Origin: a virus
Length of the DNA: 64,000 bases
Reading direction: 5' to 3' (one strand)
Virus record (IMG/VR): IMGVR_UViG_3300027741_000029
Coordinates: 32,001 to 96,000 of that record
Under the pieces are notes generated by a model. That model had not been told where the DNA came from. It saw nothing but the letters and a program-made list of their open reading frames with translations, and searched no databases. A program made the position numbers and the translations under genes. Below, in pieces: positions 17,420 to 26,650 of the stretch (position 1 is the first letter of the stretch; every line of letters begins with the position of its first letter).

Positions 17420-17581
17420 GTAGTTCCTCCTACTAAGAAGGCTGCAAAAGACCCTCGTTATGCTAATGCGCTGACAGTTGATATTCATCCAGGCGAAACA
17501 CAAAAGCAAGCAGCAAAATTTGGCAATAAGACCGATAAAATTGGTCGCCCACCTATTATGAGTCCAAGTGGTAAGGTTTAA
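17372..17581 (+). CDS. Small probable internal head protein
   Basis: Starts MLLTELFDLDE|AAGVGVV at a TAATG overlap. Confidence 0.7.
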   Translation: MLLTELFDLDEAAGVGVVPPTKKAAKDPRYANALTVDIHPGETQKQAAKFGNKTDKIGRPPIMSPSGKV

Positions 17582-18672
17582 TGACTCAATTTACTGATAC
17601 ATTCTGTCGGCGTGCATTTACAGATTTAGTATTTGATTCTGGCATAATTAAACCTTGTTGTTATTTTTTATCAAATTTTACTAAAAAATTTCAAGATATT
17701 GAATCATCAAATCTGCAAGTTAGACAATATATCAAAGATAATAAATGGCACCCAGGCTGTGATAACTGTAAAAAAACCGAAAAAGACGGCAATAAAAAAA
17801 GTCATAGGTTGAATCACAAATATGATGATTTTGATTATGAATTATTTTATGAGAATAAATTTTCATTAAAAAATTTAGAGATTAGAGTTGACAATAATTG
17901 CAATATTGCTTGCATTACTTGTTTTAGTGATAGTAGTTCTCGTTGGTCTGCTGAATTAAAAAGAATGGGCGAACATGACCCATGTAAAAATAAAGTAAAC
18001 ACTGATATAGACAAACTTTTGACTTATGAAATTTGGAAAAATGTCGAAAAACTTACGATATATGGTGGTGAACCAATGTATAGTAAAAAAGTAGAAAAAA
18101 TACTATCATGGGCTGTAGAAAATAATTTAAGTGAAAAGATTGATGTACATTTTTTCAGCAATGGTACTATTATAAACAAAAATATTATTGATAAATTTGA
18201 AAGATTCAAATCAATTAATATTGGTTTTAGTATTGACGGAACATTTGACAGATACCATATTATAAGATGGCCAGCCAATTGGAATGAAACATTGGAAAAT
18301 TTTAATAAATTAAAATTAATGCCAAATGTTAATCTGTATATTATCTACACCTATAGTGTATTAAATGCTTACAATACCAAAGAAGATTTAGAAATTTTAA
18401 ATGAGTATTTTAATTGTCCTATTGTTCCTAATTTATTAATAAATCCATCATATTATGCCGCAAGAAATTTGCCAGAATCAATAAAGGAAAAATTAATAGA
18501 TCACTTAATTACGGTTCCTGAATTTTCATATCTCATAGCTGAATTACAACAACCAAGCAATGAGAAAGAATTAAAACAAGCTATCGAACGTGTTAAAAAA
18601 TTAGATAATTTTAGAAATACTGATAGTAGTATACTATTTGCATCAGAAGTATGGTCAATAGCCGATAAATAA
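17581..18672 (+). CDS. Radical SAM protein with N-terminal auxiliary Cys domain
   Basis: CNIACITC motif, GGEP; N-terminal FC..F/PCC/CDNC. Confidence 0.85.
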   Translation: MTQFTDTFCRRAFTDLVFDSGIIKPCCYFLSNFTKKFQDIESSNLQVRQYIKDNKWHPGCDNCKKTEKDGNKKSHRLNHKYDDFDYELFYENKFSLKNLEIRVDNNCNIACITCFSDSSSRWSAELKRMGEHDPCKNKVNTDIDKLLTYEIWKNVEKLTIYGGEPMYSKKVEKILSWAVENNLSEKIDVHFFSNGTIINKNIIDKFERFKSINIGFSIDGTFDRYHIIRWPANWNETLENFNKLKLMPNVNLYIIYTYSVLNAYNTKEDLEILNEYFNCPIVPNLLINPSYYAARNLPESIKEKLIDHLITVPEFSYLIAELQQPSNEKELKQAIERVKKLDNFRNTDSSILFASEVWSIADK

Positions 18673-18676
18673 TCTT

Positions 18677-19030
18677 ATGCGTATTAAAGAAATCCTAGAA
18701 GCAGCAATGAGCACGACAATTCAAGGACGCCGCCCTATCAGTGCTGGTGCTCGTGGTCTAATGGCTGCTCGTTGGAAATATGATACCATCGTTCAGGGAA
18801 GTGATGGCAAGAACATGATAAACGCTGTTGAGCGTCTTGCAAGCACACTTGATGGCGCAGAACGCACTGACTATGATGGTATTGATAGTATGATGCAACA
18901 AATCTGCCGTGAGTTTGAAGTTGATCCAAAAGACCTTCATAATGCGTTTATTGCAAAATATAAATTGACACCCGATGCGATGGCTGCTAAAATGAAGCAT
19001 GATCGTAAAAACCGTCCAAAATCCGTCTAA
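18677..19030 (+). CDS. Probable internal head protein
   Basis: Leader MRIKEILE|AA resembling a capsid-targeting sequence; TAAATA 5 nt upstream. Confidence 0.65.
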   Translation: MRIKEILEAAMSTTIQGRRPISAGARGLMAARWKYDTIVQGSDGKNMINAVERLASTLDGAERTDYDGIDSMMQQICREFEVDPKDLHNAFIAKYKLTPDAMAAKMKHDRKNRPKSV

Positions 19031-19412
19031 CACAACATTTATAACAACACCAATTGGTGCTGTTGGCGCAATTGGTTCATCTACAACATATACAATTTCT
19101 GGTGGCGGTGGCAATGGCGGCACTGGATATCTAACAAATAGCGGTTCTATGAGTTTGGCACCTACTGGAAGTCCATCAGTAACAATAACTGGTAAAGAAT
19201 TGCAAATTACACCAGTTGACAAAGGTGATGCAATTATTAGAACCAATCATAATGAAATAAATCTTGATAAATTGTATAAAACTGTTATGATGATTGCAGA
19301 TAAGATGATGATTATCGCAGATGATCCATATTTTACAGAAAAGTATCCTACTTTAAAGGATGCTTATAACCAATATCAAACCTTATTAGAACTTTATAAA
19401 AGTGATGAATAA
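18999..19412 (+). CDS. Hypothetical protein
   Basis: 137-aa ORF ending at the terminator. Confidence 0.55.
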   Translation: MIVKTVQNPSNTTFITTPIGAVGAIGSSTTYTISGGGGNGGTGYLTNSGSMSLAPTGSPSVTITGKELQITPVDKGDAIIRTNHNEINLDKLYKTVMMIADKMMIIADDPYFTEKYPTLKDAYNQYQTLLELYKSDE

Positions 19413-19414
19413 AA

Positions 19415-19442
19415 AAAAGAGCCACCGTGAAGTGGCTCTTTC
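19415..19442. terminator. Bidirectional intrinsic terminator
   Basis: AAAAGAGCCAC-CGTGAA-GTGGCTCTTTT between convergent genes. Confidence 0.85.
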
Positions 19443-19483
19443 GTATTAAAAAAACTTTTTAACCCAACGCAGAGCGTTGGTTA

Positions 19484-20134
19484 TTAGTTTCCCAAAAGTG
19501 AATCAACCTTTGTTTCAACAGTACCAAGACGTACTTCAATTGCATCAAGTGCTGGATCAGCAGGTGTAGCAACTGCTTCTGAAACCGCTGCAATAACTTC
19601 TGGTGCTACTTCATCAACGCCAGTTGCAGTTGCAATAATATCAGCAACTGCTGCTACTGCTGCTTCTACTGCTTCTGGAGTTGTTGGTGCTGGTGCATCT
19701 GCAACTGCTGCAGAGATAGCATCAGCGATAGCAACTGGATCAATTACAACTTCTGGGTCTGCACTAACAACTGCTGAAACAGCGGCTGCAATAATAACTG
19801 CTACTTCGCTATCAACAATAGCATCTGCTTCATGTTGATCTGCAACAACGTCAGCTACAATAGCTGCTGCTTCTGGAACATCTGCACTTGGTGAGAGAGC
19901 AACAACATCTTCAACTGCAACTGGTGCAGCGTCTGCTGGTGCTGCAACGATAGCATCAATGTGTTCTGCAGTCTTTGCAGCAATTAGGTGGTCAACTTGT
20001 GCTTCAACTACTGAAAGGCGAGCATCAAGTTCTTCTGTAGTAGTAGGCGCATCTGTATTAACTGTGGTGCCTGTTAGTGTTGCTAGTTTTGCTTCAACAG
20101 CAACTAAACGTGTGGCCAAATCGTCTAATCTCAT
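19484..20134 (-). CDS. Acidic Ala/Val/Pro-rich protein with coiled-coil ends
   Basis: 216-aa ORF with AAAGGA RBS and own TAAATA; three copies of an L..RL..VE.K/QV..L motif. Confidence 0.75.
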   Translation of the reverse strand: MRLDDLATRLVAVEAKLATLTGTTVNTDAPTTTEELDARLSVVEAQVDHLIAAKTAEHIDAIVAAPADAAPVAVEDVVALSPSADVPEAAAIVADVVADQHEADAIVDSEVAVIIAAAVSAVVSADPEVVIDPVAIADAISAAVADAPAPTTPEAVEAAVAAVADIIATATGVDEVAPEVIAAVSEAVATPADPALDAIEVRLGTVETKVDSLLGN

Positions 20135-20228
20135 GGGTTTTTCCTTTGGGTTTGAATTTTGTGTACCACCGTGGTACGCAACTATTTAAGTGCCGATCTA
20201 TGACGTTGTTGTGACAAAACTTAATATA

Positions 20229-20257
20229 TTGACTTATTTTAATAGGTAATATATACT
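20229..20257 (+). promoter_or_regulatory. sigma70-like promoter of the polymerase operon
   Basis: TTGACT-N17-TATACT. Confidence 0.6.
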
Positions 20258-20278
20258 AAACAATGAAAGGAAATATCT

Positions 20279-20548
20279 ATGGCAACCAGAAACTTTAGTG
20301 CAGAGGAACGCACGAAACTTAAACAATTGATGAGCGAAAGTATTTCAGTAATGACTGAGGTTGAAGTACTAACAGGCGGTCTTAACGATACCATTAGTGC
20401 AATTGCAGAAGAAATGAACATCAAGCCAAATCTACTTAAGAAGGCAATCAAGATGGCACAGAAGCGTGACTTTGATAAGGCTCGTGAAGACCTTGACATC
20501 ATTGAAAGCATTCTTAACAGCACAAACAACTTGGATAGCGAACAATAA
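20279..20548 (+). CDS. Small dsDNA-binding protein (T4 DsbA/GapR-like)
   Basis: 89-aa helical protein ..LNDTISAIAEEMNIKPNLLKKAIKMAQK.., directly upstream of the polymerase. Confidence 0.5.
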   Translation: MATRNFSAEERTKLKQLMSESISVMTEVEVLTGGLNDTISAIAEEMNIKPNLLKKAIKMAQKRDFDKAREDLDIIESILNSTNNLDSEQ

Positions 20549-23208
20549 TGGCATATGTAGATGCACTACTTGACCGACAGAAAGAAAAAGTATTCGTTGT
20601 TGAGCGAGTAGATGGAAAACGCATCTACAGAGACTATCCTATAAATTATGTATTTTACTATGAAGACGGCAACGGGAGTTTCAAAAGTATCTATGATACT
20701 CCTGTTCGTCGTGTATCGTGTCGCAGTAGCAAGGATTTTCGCAAGGAACTTGCAATACACAGTGGTAAGAAACTATATGAGGCTGATCTTAATCAGACAT
20801 TTCGTTGTTTGGCTGAGAATTACCTTGGCAAGGACTCGCCACAGTTACAAACAGCTTTCTTCGATATTGAGACGGACTTTGATAATGTCCGTGGCTATAG
20901 CACTCCAGACGATCCATTTACTAAAATTACAGCAATCACGTTATATCTTGATTGGTTAGACCAACTTATTACGCTTACCATACCGCCAAAAACAATGAGC
21001 ATTGATGAGGCTAATCGTATTGCCGCACGATTTGATAATACTTTTATCTTTGATAGTGAACGTGAGTTACTACTAACATTTCTTGAACTTATTGATGATG
21101 CTGATGTGCTAAGTGGTTGGAACAGTGAAGGGTTTGATATTCCTTATACCGTCAACCGTGTTGCTCGTGTGCTGAGCAAGGACGACACTCGTCGCTTCTG
21201 TCTTTGGGATCAGTTTCCTAAAGAACGTGAATACGAGAAGTATGGCAAGATGAGCAAGACATTTGATTTAGTTGGACGTGTCCATTTAGATTATATGTTG
21301 TTGTATCAAAAGTACACCTATGAAGAACGCCATTCCTATAGCCTTGATGCTATTGGCGAATATGAACTAAATGAACGCAAGACCGCATATGAAGGTTCAC
21401 TTGATCAGTTGTATAACCGTGATTTTGAAACATTCATTGCATACTCTCGTCAAGACGTTGCACTTCTTAATAAACTAGATAAGAAATTGCGGTTTCTTGA
21501 CCTAGCAAACGAAATTGCGCACGATAATACTGTGTTGTTGCAGACTACAATGGGTGCTGTTGCAGTGACAGATCAGGCAATCATTAATGAAGCGCATCGT
21601 CGTGGTATGGTTGTTCCTAGCCGCCGCCCACGCAGTGAAGAGGTTAATACACAGGTTGCTGGTGCCTATGTTGCATATCCTAAAAAGGGTTTGCATGATT
21701 ATATTGGTGCTATCGATATTAACTCACTGTATCCAAGTGTCATTCGTGCACTCAACATGGGACCAGAAACTATTATTGGTCAATTACGTCCCATTATGAC
21801 TGATGCTTACCTTTCAGCCAAGATTGCCGAAGGCAAAAGCATTGCTGCTGCGTGGGAAGGTTTGTTTGCTTCGCTAGAATATACTGCTGTAATGAACCGT
21901 GATATTGGTACGGAGATTACACTAGATTGGGCAAATGGTAGCAGCGAAGTTCACAGTGCTGCTGAAATCCATGATATGATCTTTGACAACTATGCGCCAT
22001 GGGCGTTGAGTGCCAATGGAACTATCTTTAACCTAGAACATCAAGGTATTATCCCAAGTTTGCTTGAGCGTTGGTATAGTGAACGTAAAGAATTACAAGC
22101 CAAGAAGAAAGATGCCAAGGATGCAAAGGAGATTGCGTTCTGGGATAAGCGTCAGTTGGTTAAGAAAATTAACTTGAACTCGCTATATGGTGCTATTCTT
22201 AATGCAGGTTGTCGTTTCTTTGACCAACGTATTGGACAAAGCACCACGCTATGTGGTCGCACGATTGCAAAGCATATGGATGCCACTGTCAATGAACTGA
22301 TTACAGGCGAGTATGATCACGTTGGTAAGTCAATCATTTATGGTGACACTGATTCCGTATACTTCTCTGCTTGGCCAGTTATCAAGGACGATGTTGAAGC
22401 TGGTCGTATGGAATGGAACAAAGAAATTTGTATCCAACTCTATGATTCTATTGGTGAACGAGTAAACGAAACGTTTCCAAAGTTTATGTATGAAGCATTT
22501 CATACAACGCCAGAACTTGGTGCTATCATCAAGGGTGGTCGTGAATTGATTGCGTCAAAAGGATTGTTTATTACAAAGAAACGTTATGCGGTTCTTATTT
22601 TTGATCTTGAAGGCAAACGTCTTGACGTGGAAGGCAAAACGGGCAAGGTTAAGGCAATGGGGCTTGATCTTAAACGCAGCGATACCCCAAAGATTGTGCA
22701 AGATTTCTTAAGTGATATTCTAAAGAAAGTGCTAGATGGTTCGCAACGTGAACAGATTATTGAAGAAGTTCGTCAGTTCAAATACACCTTCAAAGAGTTG
22801 CCAAGTTGGGAAAAGGGAACACCAAAGCGTGTTAATAAACTTACCTATTATGGTGCACTAGAAAAGAAGCAAGGCAAGGCAAATATGCCAGGTCATGTTC
22901 GTGCGGCGATAAACTGGAACAATCTTCGCAAAATGCACAGTGATTCTCGTTCAATTGAGATCGTAGATGGCATGAAGACCATTGTATGCAAGCTGCGTGA
23001 TAATCCACTTGGATTAACTAGTATTGGTTATCCAACTGATGAGTCACGCATACCACAATGGTTTAAGGATATGCCGTTTGACCAAGACCTAATGGAAGAT
23101 ACTATCGTTACACAGAAAGTAGAAAACTTACTTGATGTGTTGGATTGGGATATCACCAATACAACTAATATTACTAATACATTTACTAGTTTGTTCGAGA
23201 TAGAATAA
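20548..23208 (+). CDS. gp43: Family B DNA polymerase (T4 gp43-like)
   Basis: Exonuclease motifs FFDIET, GWNSEGFDIPY, YSRQD; polymerase motifs DINSLYPS, KINLNSLYG, YGDTDS; uninterrupted. Confidence 0.97.
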   Translation: MAYVDALLDRQKEKVFVVERVDGKRIYRDYPINYVFYYEDGNGSFKSIYDTPVRRVSCRSSKDFRKELAIHSGKKLYEADLNQTFRCLAENYLGKDSPQLQTAFFDIETDFDNVRGYSTPDDPFTKITAITLYLDWLDQLITLTIPPKTMSIDEANRIAARFDNTFIFDSERELLLTFLELIDDADVLSGWNSEGFDIPYTVNRVARVLSKDDTRRFCLWDQFPKEREYEKYGKMSKTFDLVGRVHLDYMLLYQKYTYEERHSYSLDAIGEYELNERKTAYEGSLDQLYNRDFETFIAYSRQDVALLNKLDKKLRFLDLANEIAHDNTVLLQTTMGAVAVTDQAIINEAHRRGMVVPSRRPRSEEVNTQVAGAYVAYPKKGLHDYIGAIDINSLYPSVIRALNMGPETIIGQLRPIMTDAYLSAKIAEGKSIAAAWEGLFASLEYTAVMNRDIGTEITLDWANGSSEVHSAAEIHDMIFDNYAPWALSANGTIFNLEHQGIIPSLLERWYSERKELQAKKKDAKDAKEIAFWDKRQLVKKINLNSLYGAILNAGCRFFDQRIGQSTTLCGRTIAKHMDATVNELITGEYDHVGKSIIYGDTDSVYFSAWPVIKDDVEAGRMEWNKEICIQLYDSIGERVNETFPKFMYEAFHTTPELGAIIKGGRELIASKGLFITKKRYAVLIFDLEGKRLDVEGKTGKVKAMGLDLKRSDTPKIVQDFLSDILKKVLDGSQREQIIEEVRQFKYTFKELPSWEKGTPKRVNKLTYYGALEKKQGKANMPGHVRAAINWNNLRKMHSDSRSIEIVDGMKTIVCKLRDNPLGLTSIGYPTDESRIPQWFKDMPFDQDLMEDTIVTQKVENLLDVLDWDITNTTNITNTFTSLFEIE

Positions 23209-24044
23209 TGGAACTATTAGAAAGCCAACAACATATCAATAACTTAAAAGCGGCACGAAACAGCTATCGTGCCAATGCTTCTTATTATAATGAAGTAGCA
23301 AATATGTTTACTGCTCTAATAGAAAAACTTGAGAATAATATAAAAATTGACAAGACTCAGTTAAAATCCAATACACAAAATTTAAGTTTCAAATTAAAAA
23401 GTCAAGATTTAGAAAATAGAAAGAATTTTATAAACCTTAACCCATTTAATGAACATGACATACAAAATTTGTCTAGCTTGTTATCAAATCAACTGGCAAA
23501 TAATTCACCAACACTAGAGTTATTTCCTGGTAGCGGTCAATTTTTGCCGCATGTAGTAGCTGCAGAACCGCTGTATGTTGCGGATAGATATATGGATATA
23601 TGCGTCAATGCTGCAACTTCGCTAAACAATGAATTTTATGCAACTCGTAGACTTAGAAAATATGAAATATCCGATAATGATATGACTAGTTTACCCCAAA
23701 ATGCATTTGGATTAGTTTATTGTTTTAATGAATTTTTTTACGCAGACGAAAACTATATCACTGATATTTCTAAACAAGTATTTGATCTGTTATATGATGG
23801 TGGTAAATGGATTTTTAATTTTCTACCAGATGACCAAATTTGGGCGCAGCAAGCAACCATGAAAAATGATTTAAGTTCAATAGATTATGATTTTGTAATT
23901 CAGAATTTAATATTAATCGGGTTTGAACTTGTTTCATATGAGATTAAACCACTTAAAAGCAGTTACATGGTATTCAAGAAACCAGGCGATGTTGCATCAC
24001 GATTAAAAATAGGCGGTGGTGTTGCAGAAATAATTGACATCTGA
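23208..24044 (+). CDS. Class I SAM-dependent methyltransferase-like protein
   Basis: LELFPGSG motif I-like, FGLVYC, L..GGKWIF. Confidence 0.55.
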   Translation: MELLESQQHINNLKAARNSYRANASYYNEVANMFTALIEKLENNIKIDKTQLKSNTQNLSFKLKSQDLENRKNFINLNPFNEHDIQNLSSLLSNQLANNSPTLELFPGSGQFLPHVVAAEPLYVADRYMDICVNAATSLNNEFYATRRLRKYEISDNDMTSLPQNAFGLVYCFNEFFYADENYITDISKQVFDLLYDGGKWIFNFLPDDQIWAQQATMKNDLSSIDYDFVIQNLILIGFELVSYEIKPLKSSYMVFKKPGDVASRLKIGGGVAEIIDI

Positions 24045-24062
24045 TTCAACATACAGTATAAT
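24034..24062 (+). promoter_or_regulatory. sigma70 promoter
   Basis: Perfect TTGACA-N17-TATAAT upstream of the clamp gene. Confidence 0.8.
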
Positions 24063-24085
24063 CAAAGAAAAGGTAAGGACAAAAT

Positions 24086-24814
24086 ATGAAAGATTTTCTC
24101 ACAGATATCGTTGCGCACACACAGGCACTTGGAGTCATTGATACTATCAAGGTTACTGGTACAGATCAATCTACCGTAATTGAAAGCGTGAGCGAAGATC
24201 GTAGTGTTATTCTTAATGCTACATTTAATACAGCAAATGCCGCATTTACTGGCGTATTTGGTATGCCTAATTTGAGCAAACTTAATACTATTCTTAACAT
24301 TCCTGAATATAAAGAAAATGAAAGAATTGGTGTGGTAACACAGCCCCGCAATGGCGAAAGCGTTCCTGTTGGATTGCACTTTGAAAATGCAAGCGGCGAT
24401 TTCAAGAACGACTATCGTTTTATGACAACCGAAACTGTCAACGAGAAGTTAAAGACTGTTAAGTTCAAGGGTGCCAATTGGAATATTACCATGCAGCCAA
24501 GCGTTACTAACATTCAACGTCTTAAGTTTCAGAGCCAGGCTAACAGTGAAGAAAAGATGTTTACTGTCAAGACCGAAGGTACCGACCTAAAGTTCTACTT
24601 TGGTGACCATTCAACTCATGCTGGTAACTTTGTATTCCAAAGTGGTGTTAGCGGCAAACTTACTAAGAATTGGTCGTGGCCAGTGGGTCTATTCTTATCA
24701 ATTCTTAACCTTCATGGCGATAAGAGCATTCAGTTCAGTGATGATGGCGTAGCCAAGATTACGGTTGATAGCGGTCTTATCAAGTATGAGTATCTTCTAC
24801 CTGCAAAGGCATAA
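24086..24814 (+). CDS. gp45: DNA polymerase sliding clamp (gp45-like)
   Basis: 242 aa, near the polymerase, beta-rich two-domain pattern, FGMPNLSKLNTIL and YEYLLPA C-terminus. Confidence 0.65.
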   Translation: MKDFLTDIVAHTQALGVIDTIKVTGTDQSTVIESVSEDRSVILNATFNTANAAFTGVFGMPNLSKLNTILNIPEYKENERIGVVTQPRNGESVPVGLHFENASGDFKNDYRFMTTETVNEKLKTVKFKGANWNITMQPSVTNIQRLKFQSQANSEEKMFTVKTEGTDLKFYFGDHSTHAGNFVFQSGVSGKLTKNWSWPVGLFLSILNLHGDKSIQFSDDGVAKITVDSGLIKYEYLLPAKA

Positions 24815-24816
24815 AA

Positions 24817-25140
24817 ATGAGCAATATTGAAGATATAACAGTTAAGCACGATGACTTTAAGGTATTTCTTTCTTGCGAATGTAGCAGTCCTGAACATACC
24901 ATTGTTGTCCAAGTTTTTGATTGGGGCGATAATTTGCCGTATAAACCAGATTTTATTGTCAACGTTCAGGCTTCAAATTACCGACCATTCTACAGGCGAG
25001 TTTGGGCAGCACTAAAGTATATTTTTGGCGCAGATTTGATATGGAATGATGTAATTGTAGATAGAAAAGATATTCCTAAACTACAAGCAGCAATTGATCA
25101 TTATAATAATTTACTTGACAAAGAAGTGAAAAACATCTAA
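24817..25140 (+). CDS. Hypothetical protein
   Basis: 107-aa ORF. Confidence 0.6.
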   Translation: MSNIEDITVKHDDFKVFLSCECSSPEHTIVVQVFDWGDNLPYKPDFIVNVQASNYRPFYRRVWAALKYIFGADLIWNDVIVDRKDIPKLQAAIDHYNNLLDKEVKNI

Positions 25141-25143
25141 TAT
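25115..25143 (+). promoter_or_regulatory. sigma70-like promoter
   Basis: TTGACA-N17-TAATAT. Confidence 0.6.
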
Positions 25144-25151
25144 AATAACTA

Positions 25152-25448
25152 TGGCACTGGCAGTTCCATAATAATTTTAACCTCTAAGAAAAAGAGAAAA
25201 ACAATGATTCGTAATTCAAACGTAAACCGTGTGTTCAATGACTTGGACGCATTTCGTAATTTCTGCCGTGAATATGGTTTTGTCTTTAACGAGGCAAACC
25301 TTTATCGTCGCAACAGCGAAGCCTATTATGCCTTTGAGCGTAAGCGCAAGGGAGAATACTTTAAAGATTTTAAGTGGGATGCTGATATTGGTCTTACCGA
25401 ACAGCTTCATGGAACTGCTCACTAATTAATCGGATTCTGCCAGTGCCA
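25152..25448. repeat. Split 18-bp inverted repeat flanking a small ORF
   Basis: TGGCACTGGCAG (25152-63) is the reverse complement of 25437-48; GCAGTTCCAT (25160-69) is the reverse complement of 25409-18. Confidence 0.8.
25204..25425 (+). CDS. Small hypothetical protein
   Basis: 73-aa ORF downstream of a promoter. Confidence 0.7.
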   Translation: MIRNSNVNRVFNDLDAFRNFCREYGFVFNEANLYRRNSEAYYAFERKRKGEYFKDFKWDADIGLTEQLHGTAH

Positions 25449-25721
25449 AACCTAGATGTTGCAGTTTATAATAAAGATGAATCTAAAATAGCAAAGTTTC
25501 CACTTGCATCGTTAAAAGGTTCACCAAGATATAATTTGTGGAATAAACGTAATGCAGCAATGCGTCAATTAAAAGATATTTTTAATCACCATGGGCTGCG
25601 CAATGGACAAGATTATGTTTTTCTTCAACTTGACAATGGACAAGAATTGCCTGTTATGTTTGCAGATGAACACCATGTAAGTTTTTTTATGTTGGCTTAT
25701 GAATGTCAAAAAAACCCTTAA
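25443..25721 (+). CDS. Hypothetical protein
   Basis: 92-aa ORF, GTG start. Confidence 0.55.
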   Translation: MPNLDVAVYNKDESKIAKFPLASLKGSPRYNLWNKRNAAMRQLKDIFNHHGLRNGQDYVFLQLDNGQELPVMFADEHHVSFFMLAYECQKNP

Positions 25722-26011
25722 TACTTGAATTTCCAAGTGCAGCACTTACCAAAAGACCTGTTTCAAACAGTTATGCAATTGGTCCCGGTGATTATGTAGA
25801 AGGCGGCGCACTCAACGCCAACTATCAGGATGTAGAGGCTGCTTGCATTATCTGCAATGCCATGGGCGAAGCAGGTTATAGATATAATGTAGATTTTACA
25901 TTTTTAACTTGCGGTTTAGATAAGGTTCATATACAATTTCATAATGATGAAGCAGCCGCATTTGCTGCTATGCGATTACCAATGAAGAGAGAAACTTATA
26001 ATGATTTATAA
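25703..26011 (+). CDS. Hypothetical protein
   Basis: 102-aa ORF. Confidence 0.55.
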   Translation: MSKKPLILEFPSAALTKRPVSNSYAIGPGDYVEGGALNANYQDVEAACIICNAMGEAGYRYNVDFTFLTCGLDKVHIQFHNDEAAAFAAMRLPMKRETYNDL

Positions 26012-26351
26012 TGAAGAAAGAATTTGGGGACATTTTACAGTGTTGCATGACGCTGGTAATGTCAAAGTAAAAGAACTTGTAGTAAAGCCAAGCCATTGCT
26101 TGAGTTACCAAAAACATAGTAAGCGCAGTGAATTTTGGGTTGTGCAAAGCGGTGTTGCCAGAGTTGTTACAAATCATAGCGATACAATGTACAATGACCG
26201 AACCGAAGTTTTACAGGCAGGTGAAACTATTACAATTTCAGTTGGTAACTGGCACCAAGTTATTAATATTGGCAATGAACCACTTGTTATTATTGAAACG
26301 CAATATGGTGAGGCATGTGATGAAGATGATATTGAAAGGCAGTTTCAATGA
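26001..26351 (+). CDS. Cupin, mannose-6-phosphate isomerase type II C-terminal-like
   Basis: ERIWGHF..VKELVVKP..LSYQKH..RSEFW..WHQ..N..IETQYG..EDDIER. Confidence 0.85.
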   Translation: MIYNEERIWGHFTVLHDAGNVKVKELVVKPSHCLSYQKHSKRSEFWVVQSGVARVVTNHSDTMYNDRTEVLQAGETITISVGNWHQVINIGNEPLVIIETQYGEACDEDDIERQFQ

Positions 26352-26650
26352 AATGGTTTGATCGGTGGTTTCAACGGCAAACAAAGCGGTCTTGGGAAGC
26401 AGAACAAAAAGCACAGCACAACTTGATATATATTGATTCTAATCCAAGATCAATAAGTTCAAACAAAATTGGTGCCGATGGTATCAATATGAAACTACAT
26501 GTTGCCAATGGTGGTTACATTGTAGAATTTCACCGTTATGATAATATCAAAGATCGTGGTCTTAATGAACTGCATGTTATCAATGATAGTGAAGAATTAG
26601 GCGAGCGGTTAAGTGAAATCATAGTTCAGTACGTACTAAGTAATCATTGA
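26348..26650 (+). CDS. Hypothetical protein
   Basis: 100-aa ORF, ATGA overlap. Confidence 0.6.
   Translation: MKWFDRWFQRQTKRSWEAEQKAQHNLIYIDSNPRSISSNKIGADGINMKLHVANGGYIVEFHRYDNIKDRGLNELHVINDSEELGERLSEIIVQYVLSNH

Noticed and set aside
20548-23208. Intron or intein in DNA polymerase (also checked thyA)
   Set aside because: Both ORFs are continuous, of normal length, with all motifs in order
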